A DNA stretch of 64,000 nucleotides, taken from Patescibacteria group bacterium. GTDB lineage: Bacteria; Patescibacteriota; WWE3; CG2-30-40-12. Numbering within the stretch: position 1 is the stretch's first letter; each line of letters opens with the position of its first letter. The stretch lies in NCBI GenBank assembly GCA_018817085.1, contig JAHIUT010000038.1, positions 9,441-73,440 of the forward strand, in the 5' to 3' direction. The position numbers and the translations under genes are program-made. The notes under the pieces were generated by a model. It ran no database searches, was not told where the DNA came from, and was given only the letters and a program-made list of their open reading frames with translations. Of the stretch, positions 1-10,271 are shown piece after piece.

Positions 1-238
1 CCGAGTAATTGGAATACATCAAATCCATTCCTTCATAAGAACCGCTGATGGAAGAGGGCGGAACATTTTTTGAGGGCAGGGACCCGCCAACAAGCCTAAG
101 AGCAAAACCTTTAAACAAAAGATACAAAACAAAAAGTATTAAAAAAAAGGAAAGTTTATTTTTCTTAACCCATTCAATTATCAGCATTGTTTTTATGATA
201 AGGATTTGTTCAGGTTTAGTCAATAGTAAATTTCGCCC

Positions 239-268
239 TTGACACTTGATGCGATTGTCTGCTATATA
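239..268 (+). promoter_or_regulatory. Candidate sigma70-type promoter upstream of groES (TTGACA, ~18 nt spacer, TATATA)
   Basis: Sequence ttgacacttgatgcgattgtctgctatata lies about 50 nt upstream of the groES start. No CIRCE/HrcA operator (TTAGCACTC-N9-GAGTGCTAA) is visible. Confidence 0.35.
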
Positions 269-313
269 TTTCTATGCTTGGTTGAATTTTAGTTTTTATG
301 AAAGGATAAAATT

Positions 314-619
314 ATGGCAAAAAAAGGTGTGGCCACCATAAAACCTGTTTTAGATTATATTTTGATTGAACCTTCCGAAAAAGAAGAGAAAACTGTATCT
401 GGGATTGTTATTCCTGATACCGCTAAAGAAAAGCCTCAAGAGGGTACGGTTGTTGCCGTGGGTCCTGGAAAATTTACCGAAAGCGGGCAGATGATAAAAC
501 CTGCTGTGAAAAAGGGAGATAAAATATTATACAAAAAGTGGGGCGGAAACGAAGTTAAAATAGAAGGAAAAGAATATTTGTTTGTAAAAGAAGAAGATCT
601 TTTAGCTATTGTTGGTTAA
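314..619 (+). CDS. groES: Co-chaperonin GroES (Hsp10)
   Basis: 101-aa ORF beginning MAKKGVATIKPVLDYILIEP...GTVVAVGPG, the canonical GroES sequence and length. It sits immediately upstream of groEL. Confidence 0.93.
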   Translation: MAKKGVATIKPVLDYILIEPSEKEEKTVSGIVIPDTAKEKPQEGTVVAVGPGKFTESGQMIKPAVKKGDKILYKKWGGNEVKIEGKEYLFVKEEDLLAIVG

Positions 620-624
620 TTTAG

Positions 625-2322
<1,698 letters not shown>

Positions 2323-2326
2323 GGTT

Positions 2327-2680
2327 ATGGTAACACTACACAGATTTACAATTACAATTAAAACTATAAGCGCAAATCTTGAAGATGAAAAATGGCTTAT
2401 GTCCTTGTGCAGGGATTTGGCCAGTCTTTCCAACCTAAAAGTACTAAAAGAAGGTTTTGCTCGTTTTGAAAAACAAGGCGCTACCGCTTTTTTGGTTTTA
2501 TTAGAAAGTCATTTAGCTATTCATACTTGGCCAGAGTACGAATTAGCTTACATAGATATTTTGTCCAGCAGAGAAATAAGCAAAAAAGATGTAAAAATAA
2601 TAAATAGATATTTTGCTGAAAAACAACCGGAAATAACTGTAATCCGCGCAGAAATAGTTTGCCAAGAGCAAATCCCATAG
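2327..2680 (+). CDS. speH: S-adenosylmethionine decarboxylase proenzyme (pyruvoyl-dependent, class 1b)
   Basis: 117-aa protein with the hallmark LLESHLAIHTWPE self-processing motif of bacterial/archaeal AdoMetDC (SpeH/SpeD family). Confidence 0.75.
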   Translation: MVTLHRFTITIKTISANLEDEKWLMSLCRDLASLSNLKVLKEGFARFEKQGATAFLVLLESHLAIHTWPEYELAYIDILSSREISKKDVKIINRYFAEKQPEITVIRAEIVCQEQIP

Positions 2681-2753
2681 AGTTTGACTTATAGTGGGGA
2701 ATCCATTATAATTCATTAACTGTCTAAATTCAGCCTAAAAATAAGGGGGAACA

Positions 2754-3434
2754 ATGAAAAAGGTTTCTGTGGCGGTTTTTTTGTGTTGTTTGGTGGTTCT
2801 GTTGACACCATCTTTTGTCTTTGCGCAGGAAGGGACAATTCTTGCGAGGGTGGAGGTTCACTGGGGGTATGTTGTAGATGAATCCCCCATCTCGTCAGTT
2901 TTTTTGAGTTCCTCTCGCGACAAACTGTGGGTGTCCACAAAAAGCGTTGGCGGAGAGGAGGGGGCCTCCTCTTATGTGGACATTATTACGGGGGAGATCA
3001 CCCCTCTTAATTTCAATGCCGACCCTTCAAATGGGTTTGCGCTTGGGGAGATTGCCGTTGCGATTGAAGAAAAAACAGCCCCATTTTTTAAGTCCAGTTG
3101 GTTAGGAGTTTGCTCCAACTTGGATTTTGTGGCAGTGCTAAAAAGTGGAACTGTTGAAACCCGCCTTACCAACCTTTCCCCTCTTCCTCTTCTCTGGAGC
3201 GGGGATAAGGGGATAACATGGGAAGAGTTGTCTTCCGGCGGGACTAAAGAATTTTATAAGGACAAAAGTTCGTTGGAAATTCTGTATCCCAATCAAGAAA
3301 CTATTGGTTGGGACCCCTGCGCCACATTAGCGTGGAACAGGGCGAGTTTTGACTTTAGCGCCGTTGGGCTTTCGTCTTTCACGGCGCGTAATTTAACCTT
3401 TCTTGAGAGGTTGCGGTTGTTGTTTGTTCATTAG
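2754..3434 (+). CDS. Secreted hypothetical protein (N-terminal signal peptide)
   Basis: 226-aa ORF with N-terminus MKKVSVAVFLCCLVVLLTPSFVFAQE, typical of an Sec signal peptide. No recognisable catalytic motif. Confidence 0.5.
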   Translation: MKKVSVAVFLCCLVVLLTPSFVFAQEGTILARVEVHWGYVVDESPISSVFLSSSRDKLWVSTKSVGGEEGASSYVDIITGEITPLNFNADPSNGFALGEIAVAIEEKTAPFFKSSWLGVCSNLDFVAVLKSGTVETRLTNLSPLPLLWSGDKGITWEELSSGGTKEFYKDKSSLEILYPNQETIGWDPCATLAWNRASFDFSAVGLSSFTARNLTFLERLRLLFVH

Positions 3435-3475
3435 GGACTATGGGCGTTGCCTAGAACTTTTTAGGTAACGCCTTT

Positions 3476-4417
3476 TCATTCCCAAGTGTACAATTTTGAT
3501 AGAGGTTTGGATTTTCCAAGTTTTGTTTGAGGAGTTTTTTCCAGTATATACAAATCGCTTGTGTTCCCTACCGTTTCCGCTCCTTTTATGTACTTATTAA
3601 AGTTTTGGGTTTTTTCTCTTATAAAAAGTCCGTATTGGTTTATTATTTGTTGAACTTTTAACGATTTTTCTCTTGATAAAGGGGATGTGCCGTAACAAAT
3701 GTAGTGTGAGGATAATCCGTTTTCTTTGGTGGCTTCCAAACTTCTTCGCAAAAAAAGGTCAAATCCGTTTTCGGTGTATGGCGAGTCGGTAAAAACGGTA
3801 TCCGACTTATGCAAAAACTCTTTTGGAATAGCCTTTTTTAAATCCCACAAAACATAATTTATTTTTAAGCGATGTTCTTTACACACCTTTTCAATAACAT
3901 TAAGTATGTTTGTATCGATTTCAAGAACGGAAATATCGCAAGCTCTAAATGTGTAAGCTACGGCTAGAGATGTTAAATCGTCGTCCCCAAGAAAAACTAT
4001 TTTCCTATCTTGTAAATCTTTCTGGCCATTAAGCTTTTTTACGCGATTTATAACGGTTTCTTCCGTGGCGTAAAACTGGTCGTATTCTCTTTTTGGGACG
4101 GGCATTAAACTTTTTATATGGCGAATAAAATCTTGGATACCTTGCAAGTTAAAAGGTGGTTCTTTTTCAGATTTTTCGGAAAGAAGCGTTCCTCCCATAT
4201 TGGTGAGCGTTAATCGCGGGGAGGCCGTATTGTAATTGACAAATTTGGGATTTAATAACAAAACTAACCTTTTCATTTGCCCATGCGAAAGGTTGGTTAT
4301 TCGGGTAAGTTCCGAAACGGTGGGAGTTTGGGTTTTAATTATTTCAATAATGTTTATTATATCCGTTACTCGTATTTTGGATTTTCTGGATATGTTGTCC
4401 AAATTGGGAGTATTCAT
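3476..4417 (-). CDS. BpsA/DUF43-like aminopropyltransferase (putative long-chain/branched polyamine synthase) with N-terminal HTH-like region
   Basis: 313-aa ORF with a GDDDLTSLA motif characteristic of DUF43/BpsA aminopropyltransferases and a Rossmann-like segment. It is convergent with speH, so the pair gives a polyamine pathway context. Confidence 0.5.
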   Translation of the reverse strand: MNTPNLDNISRKSKIRVTDIINIIEIIKTQTPTVSELTRITNLSHGQMKRLVLLLNPKFVNYNTASPRLTLTNMGGTLLSEKSEKEPPFNLQGIQDFIRHIKSLMPVPKREYDQFYATEETVINRVKKLNGQKDLQDRKIVFLGDDDLTSLAVAYTFRACDISVLEIDTNILNVIEKVCKEHRLKINYVLWDLKKAIPKEFLHKSDTVFTDSPYTENGFDLFLRRSLEATKENGLSSHYICYGTSPLSREKSLKVQQIINQYGLFIREKTQNFNKYIKGAETVGNTSDLYILEKTPQTKLGKSKPLSKLYTWE

Positions 4418-4830
4418 AATAAATTGTCCAAAGCGGCGTTAACAAGGGAATCTGCCATAGAATTTTGTTCTCGCGGGATATATTTAAATTGAACTTTTTC
4501 AAATTGGTTTTCTAGATTTTTTACTTTTATGGCAAGTTTTTGGAGTTCCGCGTTTTTTATTTTGTAAGCTCCGGTTAGTTGTTTTACCGCAAGTTCGCTA
4601 TCCATAAAACATATAAGTTCTTTGGGCTGGTATTTTAGAGCGGTTTCAATGCCAAAAATTAATGCGGAATACTCGGCGATGTTGTTGGTGGCAATACCTA
4701 TTTTTTTGCCGAGTTTTATCACAGTTTTTTCGTTGTCCATTAAGACAACGCCAATAGCCGCCTGTCCTGGGTTATTTCTTGACCCCCCGTCGGTGTATAA
4801 AAAAAGTTTTTCCATACACCCATTATACAA
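4414..4830 (-). CDS. rnhA: Ribonuclease HI (RNase H type 1)
   Basis: Motifs YTDGGSRNNPG, NNIAEYSALI, REQNSMADSLVNAAL, which are the RNase H catalytic DEDD residues. The true start may be the internal MEKLF (about 4815). Confidence 0.8.
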   Translation of the reverse strand: MYNGCMEKLFLYTDGGSRNNPGQAAIGVVLMDNEKTVIKLGKKIGIATNNIAEYSALIFGIETALKYQPKELICFMDSELAVKQLTGAYKIKNAELQKLAIKVKNLENQFEKVQFKYIPREQNSMADSLVNAALDNLL

Positions 4831-4884
4831 TATTTGAAAATGAGAAGGGTTTAACCCTTTAGGGTTAAACCCTATTGAAACCTA

Positions 4885-6141
4885 TTGAAAAAAGTGTTGA
4901 CAAGGGTGTTGTACTATCTTAAGCTGAAAATAGAAAGTCTTTTAATTATGGAACAAGCAAGTCAATTAAATTCCGTTTCGGATTCGCAAGTAAAATACGC
5001 AGGTTTCGGAGTAAGGTTTCTTGCATATTGGGTGGATTTTCTTCTAGTATTTTTGATTGGAATGCTTATCCAAACCGCGTTGGGAAGAAATCCAGCTTTA
5101 GTTTTCCAAAACATTAAGTCTCTAGAGGAGTTTCAACAAATTCAAAATTCTACTTCCATGACTCTAGTCTCTTTTGTTAGTCTACTTTTTGGGTTAGCGT
5201 ATTTTTTGCTATTCTATGTTAATTATGATGGGGCTACCCCCGGAAAAAGGTTATTGGGCATAAAAGTAACAAGAGATGACGGTTCAAAGGTAACCTACCC
5301 TGTTGCCTTTGTGCGGTATTTAGGTATATTCGTGTCTGCATGCTCTCTTGGGCTTGGCTATCTTTGGGTAGCGTGGGATAAGAAAAAGCAAGCGTGGCAC
5401 GATAAAATTGCCAAGACTGTAGTTGTTAAGACAGGAGCGAAACCAAAAACTATTTTGGCAATTATTATAACCATTTTTACTATTCTATTTTTCTCTGTTT
5501 ATATGGGTAGTTTTATGTATATGGGCTTTAAACTAGGAATGCAGGAAGCAGGTAACAAAGAAGTGGACAGTCGTCCAGCCCAATCTTTAAAACAAAATCA
5601 AGAAAACATGTCTCCTGAAGCTAAAACTCATTATGAGAATAGTCAAGCGCTTTTTAAGCAAATGCAAGCTGTTAGTAATGATGTTTCTGCGCTTAAACCT
5701 CTTGCCGATAAAACGATTGAAGAAGCAAAACTAGCTGTGGACGCACAACCTACAAATCCCATACTTTGGTCTAACTTGGGGGATGCTTATGGCTGGCCAA
5801 ATACTGTAGGAACTGAAGAAGATGGTCTGCCTGCTTACAAAAAAGCAGAGGCACTTGACCCAAACAATGTTATATATATAAACTTTGTGGGAGATGAGCT
5901 TATCAAACTTGGAAGAAATGGGGAAGCCGTATTGCAATTTCAAAAGACACTTAGATTAACGGACAGTTCGGGTTATGCTTATGTAAGTATAGGAACAGCT
6001 TATAAAAATTTAGGGGTGTATGACGAGGCGAGAAAACATTTACAGAAAGGAATAGAAATCTTTCAAAGTCAAAATAAAGATGGTAAATACGACACACAAA
6101 TTTTACAAGCCCAAAAAGAATTGTCAGGTCTCCCAAAGTAA
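4885..6141 (+). CDS. RDD-family membrane protein fused to C-terminal TPR repeats
   Basis: N-terminal RDD-like domain (YAGFGVRFLAYWVDFLLV...WHDKIAKTVVV) with several TM segments. The C-terminus has TPR-like repeats (AYKKAEALDPNN..., YKNLGVYDEARKH). Confidence 0.55.
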   Translation: MKKVLTRVLYYLKLKIESLLIMEQASQLNSVSDSQVKYAGFGVRFLAYWVDFLLVFLIGMLIQTALGRNPALVFQNIKSLEEFQQIQNSTSMTLVSFVSLLFGLAYFLLFYVNYDGATPGKRLLGIKVTRDDGSKVTYPVAFVRYLGIFVSACSLGLGYLWVAWDKKKQAWHDKIAKTVVVKTGAKPKTILAIIITIFTILFFSVYMGSFMYMGFKLGMQEAGNKEVDSRPAQSLKQNQENMSPEAKTHYENSQALFKQMQAVSNDVSALKPLADKTIEEAKLAVDAQPTNPILWSNLGDAYGWPNTVGTEEDGLPAYKKAEALDPNNVIYINFVGDELIKLGRNGEAVLQFQKTLRLTDSSGYAYVSIGTAYKNLGVYDEARKHLQKGIEIFQSQNKDGKYDTQILQAQKELSGLPK

Positions 6142-6177
6142 GTATATCTACTCCCCCTAAAATTTAGTGACTATTAA

Positions 6178-6262
6178 ACTGTGCAAAATGGAGTCGGTAA
6201 CTCCAAAAAACTATGTAAAATGGAGTTGACAACTCCAAAAAACTATGTAAAATGGAGTTATG
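6178..6262 (+). repeat. About 2.6 tandem copies of a 32-bp unit (tgtaaaatggagtYGRYaactccaaaaaacta), each carrying a GGAGT..ACTCC palindrome, directly abutting the start codon of the AAA ATPase gene
   Basis: Read directly from the sequence: gtgcaaaatggagtcggtaactccaaaaaactatgtaaaatggagttgacaactccaaaaaactatgtaaaatggagtt. The middle unit contains the perfect 15-bp palindrome GGAGTTGACAACTCC. Confidence 0.8.
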
Positions 6263-7396
6263 TATTCCAGATTAATAACGCCTCCAAAAGATAAAAGCTT
6301 CTTTTTGTTTGGTCCTCGCGGAACCGGAAAAACAACTTGGGTAAGAGCCACTTTTCCGAAAGCAGTATATTTAGATTTATTGGAAGCGGAGGTATTTAAC
6401 ATTTTATTAGCCAATCCGCAAAGGTTGGAGAACTATATACCAAAAAACTTTACCGATTATATTATTATTGATGAAGTACAGCGAATTCCCGAAATACTAA
6501 ACGAAGTACATCGTTTAATTGAAAAAGAACGTCTTAAATTTATCCTCACTGGTTCTAGCGCTAGAAAATTAAGAAAAGGCGGGCAGAATTTGTTAGCGGG
6601 CAGAGCGCTTACTTATTTTTTGCACCCATTAACAGCGGTGGAACTTGGTACTGATTTTAATCTTAAACAATCTTTAAATTATGGGCATCTCCCCTCTATA
6701 AATAAAGAGAAAGATCCCCAAAAATATTTGGAAAGTTATATTAAGACTTACCTTGAGGAGGAAGTTTTTCAAGAAGGACTAACAAGAAATCTTTCCGTTT
6801 TCGCCCGTTTCCTGGAAACAGCAAGTTTCTCTCAAGGGTCGATTTTAAATACATCGGAAGTAGCAAGGGAAGCGGCTATTAATAGGAAGGTGGTGGAAAA
6901 TTATTTTAAGATTCTTGAGGATTTGTTAATTGGATATCGCATCCCTGTTTTTAATAAAAGGGCGAAAAGGAGACTTCTTGCTCATTCTAAATTCTATTTT
7001 TTTGATGTGGGTGTTTATAAGGTATTGCGTCCGATGGGTCCTTTGGATATGCCTGAAATGGTAGAAGGTATGTCTTACGAGAGCTTGTTTTTTCAGGACA
7101 TCCTTGCTATTAACAGCAGTTTGAATTTAGGGTATAAGCTTTTTTATTACCGAACCGTAACAGGAATAGAAGTTGATTTTGTAATGTATGGAGAAAAGGG
7201 AATTCGCGCTTTTGAAATTAAAAGAACCAACAAAATTTCCTCTGATTTAACTAAGGGTCTAAAATATTTCTCTAAGGAATATCCTCAATCAAAAAGTTTT
7301 CTTATCTATGGAGGAAAAAGAAAAATGAGCGAAGGCAATATTGAAATATTGCCAATTGAATACGCTCTTAAAAACCTTCCCGAGTTGCTTATTTAA
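6260..7396 (+). CDS. AAA+ ATPase (AAA_14/DUF4143 family, uncharacterised)
   Basis: Walker A FLFGPRGTGKTT and Walker B IIIDEVQRIP. Domain architecture and length (378 aa) are typical of the DUF4143 ATPase family. Confidence 0.7.
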   Translation: MYSRLITPPKDKSFFLFGPRGTGKTTWVRATFPKAVYLDLLEAEVFNILLANPQRLENYIPKNFTDYIIIDEVQRIPEILNEVHRLIEKERLKFILTGSSARKLRKGGQNLLAGRALTYFLHPLTAVELGTDFNLKQSLNYGHLPSINKEKDPQKYLESYIKTYLEEEVFQEGLTRNLSVFARFLETASFSQGSILNTSEVAREAAINRKVVENYFKILEDLLIGYRIPVFNKRAKRRLLAHSKFYFFDVGVYKVLRPMGPLDMPEMVEGMSYESLFFQDILAINSSLNLGYKLFYYRTVTGIEVDFVMYGEKGIRAFEIKRTNKISSDLTKGLKYFSKEYPQSKSFLIYGGKRKMSEGNIEILPIEYALKNLPELLI

Positions 7397-7466
7397 ATCT
7401 CCTTAATGGCACAACTTTGCAAAAAGGAAGTTTAATTTATGGAATTTTAGTAGCATGTGGTGGTGA

Positions 7467-8450
7467 TTATAATCTAATTAATTCTTCCAACCAGGGGATT
7501 TTCTCGTGTTTTCTCTTCCACCATAGATCTTCCCAAATATAATTGACAGCGAGCATTTTGTATTTGCCAAAGCGGTTATCAAAAAATTTGAGGAGCTCTT
7601 TTTCCGAGATGGGATTTGACGGATCTCGATTAAAGAAAAGTTTGGAATAGATTTTTTGCTCCCAAGGAGAAATATGAGAAAGTTCGTCATAGTGTTTGAA
7701 TACATCAAGGAGGATGTAACCAACGGTGGCAGGTCCGATGCCGTAAAGGTTGATTAAAGATTCTCGTTGTTCTTCCTTGCCTTTGGTTCTAAGTTCCAAT
7801 TCATCAATCTCATTTTTGGCAAATGGTTCGGAAAGTCTTTTTAAAGATTTTGCCCGATAACCGACTTTGAGGTCTCGAAGTTCTTGCTCGGAAACTTTAG
7901 TTAAAACTTCCGGTTCCCAGAAACAGTAGAAATTTTTGTTGTCATAATTTAGTAAGGTTCCGCAATTCTCAAACAAAACTTGCATCATATTAACCGAGCG
8001 TCTAACTGTACAATTTTGTAAAACGATTCCGATGACTAGATATTCGTAGAGAGACTGCGGACTCATAATTCTCATTCCCGGCCACTTTTTGAGAACGGAA
8101 CCAAGTTGTCCATCGTTTTTGAATTTTTTGATAAAATTTGAGAGGTCGGTTTGGAAATCGTAGCGGTAATTGATCTCCTCGGTTAGTCCACTGATGAAAT
8201 CAGAAGCTAGTTTATTTTTGGAATAAACCTCAAGATCGATTTTCGGTCTTTTAATTGCTCCTGCATTGATAAACTTCAAACCCAAGCACTGCCCACCCCA
8301 CAACATCGTCTGCCAGCGACAACCTCTGCCCCAAGCTGTGTCTTGCGAGGGAAAATGTCCCGGCTTGTGCATCGAAGGGTCAAAGGTAAATGGAGGAACG
8401 GGGTTGAGTTCAACAGTGGTTCTGTTTTTGAGATTTAAAATTTTCCCCAT
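7467..8450 (-). CDS. HhH-GPD superfamily DNA glycosylase (Ogg/AlkA-like)
   Basis: Helix-hairpin-helix Gly-rich motif LINLYGIGPATVGYILLDVF followed by Asp residues. A 327-aa size is consistent with 8-oxoG/alkylbase glycosylases. Confidence 0.5.
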   Translation of the reverse strand: MGKILNLKNRTTVELNPVPPFTFDPSMHKPGHFPSQDTAWGRGCRWQTMLWGGQCLGLKFINAGAIKRPKIDLEVYSKNKLASDFISGLTEEINYRYDFQTDLSNFIKKFKNDGQLGSVLKKWPGMRIMSPQSLYEYLVIGIVLQNCTVRRSVNMMQVLFENCGTLLNYDNKNFYCFWEPEVLTKVSEQELRDLKVGYRAKSLKRLSEPFAKNEIDELELRTKGKEEQRESLINLYGIGPATVGYILLDVFKHYDELSHISPWEQKIYSKLFFNRDPSNPISEKELLKFFDNRFGKYKMLAVNYIWEDLWWKRKHEKIPWLEELIRL

Positions 8451-8452
8451 TT

Positions 8453-8833
8453 TTAATTTTTAACCACTTCAACCACCATTGGTTCTTTGGTGAAGTCAGA
8501 ATAGCAAACCCGAGTCGATTTAACGGTAAAATAAACTTCCTCTGGATTTTTATCTGGGCCCAAGTAATACCCTTCCCATTCCGGATGTTGTCCGACAATG
8601 AAGTTTCGAGCGTTAATCGCGTCCTCGCCTTTTAAAACCGTGACCTTACCGTCAATTTGCACGGTCGGAAGATTGTTTGCGATCCCAACGACGATTGCCG
8701 CTCGCGGATTAACCAGCAAGTTTTTGTATTTGCGTGCCTTGTTCGATGTTTCGAGGTAAAAAACCATCTTGTCGTCAATGGCGTAAGCCATCGTTGCCGC
8801 AATTGGTTTCCCGGATTCATTAACAGTTGCCAC
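8453..8833 (-). CDS. Pyridoxamine 5'-phosphate oxidase-like FMN-binding split-barrel protein
   Basis: PNPOx-like N-terminus (..LKFLKNNDLCVVATVNESGKP..). The ORF lacks an in-frame ATG; its frame opens right after TGA TAG at about 8880, so a GTG or other non-canonical start is likely. Confidence 0.45.
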   Translation of the reverse strand: MATVNESGKPIAATMAYAIDDKMVFYLETSNKARKYKNLLVNPRAAIVVGIANNLPTVQIDGKVTVLKGEDAINARNFIVGQHPEWEGYYLGPDKNPEEVYFTVKSTRVCYSDFTKEPMVVEVVKN

Positions 8834-9516
8834 AACACAAAGGTCATTATTTTTGAGAAATTTTAAGACATCTTCTTTAGTAATTATTCTCTATCACCAC
8901 CTTTCGTTGAACTGATTTTACTGCACTTTTTATGTTGTTTGGAAGAGAATAAAACAATATATCCAGCAAGGAACAGAGACGCAAACGCTAAAATTACGAT
9001 AGCAGGATTGGCATTAGTAAGCATAATAAATTATCTCTTTCTAAATAAAATATAAGTTAATATAACAAAGATTGCGCTTGCTATAACGGCCATAAAGTAT
9101 GTGTCTGAAAATGTAGATGTGTTCATCTGGCCTCCCTTGCGAATAGCAACGATAAATTAAGAAATAGATAAGAAAGTCCAAACCCGGAAATGAGAAAAAG
9201 CATTTTTTCCACGGCGAATGTTTTGGAAAAAAAGGGAGCTACGATGCCTCCTGTAAACCAAGCTACCGAGATATTATTAAAAAAATCCGAAAGGACATTA
9301 TATTCTCCTCTAGTTAGGATTCTCATTAAGATTATATTAAACACTTTTAGAATTTTCCGCAAGTTTTTAATTCATAAGGGTTTAACCCTGTTTAGATAAT
9401 TTGAGTCCGCAGATAAATTCATATGTAGGTCCTGCGACAAATCCCCAACTAAAACCCCACATCAATTCTTCAATAGGCGCGCCGAGGAAAAAGATGCCAG
9501 AAAGGTTTTCGAGGAG

Positions 9517-9968
9517 CTACCACTTTTGGATAATTCCGTCAAAAATATTGCAAAATATTAAATAAAAGATAAGCATAAGGACTCCAACAAATATCCCGCT
9601 GAATAAAGCGTCCTTAAAGAGATCGTGTCGAAGTAAGAGTATGAAAATCCCGATTAATAAAAACCCCATCGTGGAAATATAGATGGAATTAAAACCCAAA
9701 ACTATATTGCCAACAAACATCCAAGTTATTCCGAAAATTGCGGACATTAACATATATTTTGGACGCGCGGATACACATCTTTTTGTATATTTTTTCTAAA
9801 AGACACTTCATATATCACTGCGGCAATTCCTCCAATAGTAAAAGCAAAAAATAGATCTTCTATTCCAAAGCTTCTCCCAGTAAGAATTTTTGGTTGCCAG
9901 TAATCGCGCAAATAAAACAATTCGGATAGAGGTCCCATTGGGGCGATAACAAGGGACATAATTAACAT
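9517..9968 (-). CDS. Two overlapping small polytopic membrane ORFs (73 aa + 78 aa), either adjacent genes or a frameshifted single gene
   Basis: Both are hydrophobic (…FAFTIGGIAAVIYEV…; …GFLLIGIFILLLRHDLF…) and overlap by 7 nt in different frames. The GIEDLFFAF segment weakly resembles lycopene-cyclase-domain small membrane proteins. Confidence 0.35.
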
Positions 9969-10044
9969 CTCTTTTCGCAGATCTCGCCGCTATCATATGG
10001 AACTATAATACCATATAGAATTAGAAAGCCACAACTGCTATGAT

Positions 10045-10266
10045 GTGGATATCTTAAATATGAATCAAATTTCCAAAAAACTAGGGCGAAATATCAAGCG
10101 CATACGGGTTCTCCATAAGATGTCGCAAGGCGACATCTGCCGAGCGCTTGATATGGATAGAAGTTATATGAGCGCGATTGAGAATGGCAAGAAAAATATC
10201 ACTATTTCCCAATTAGATAGATTAGCGCAAGCGCTTGGCATTTCGGTTGATAAATTATTAAAATAA
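10045..10266 (+). CDS. XRE-family (Cro/C1-type) helix-turn-helix transcriptional regulator
   Basis: 73 aa: IKRIRVLHKMSQGDICRALDMDRSYMSAIENGKKNITISQLDRLAQALGISVDKL, a classic HTH_XRE motif. Confidence 0.8.
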   Translation: MDILNMNQISKKLGRNIKRIRVLHKMSQGDICRALDMDRSYMSAIENGKKNITISQLDRLAQALGISVDKLLK

Positions 10267-10271
10267 GAGTA

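Noticed and set aside
1-313. CIRCE (HrcA operator) upstream of groES
   Set aside because: I searched for TTAGCACTC-N9-GAGTGCTAA and found no match. Only a sigma70-like promoter candidate is present.
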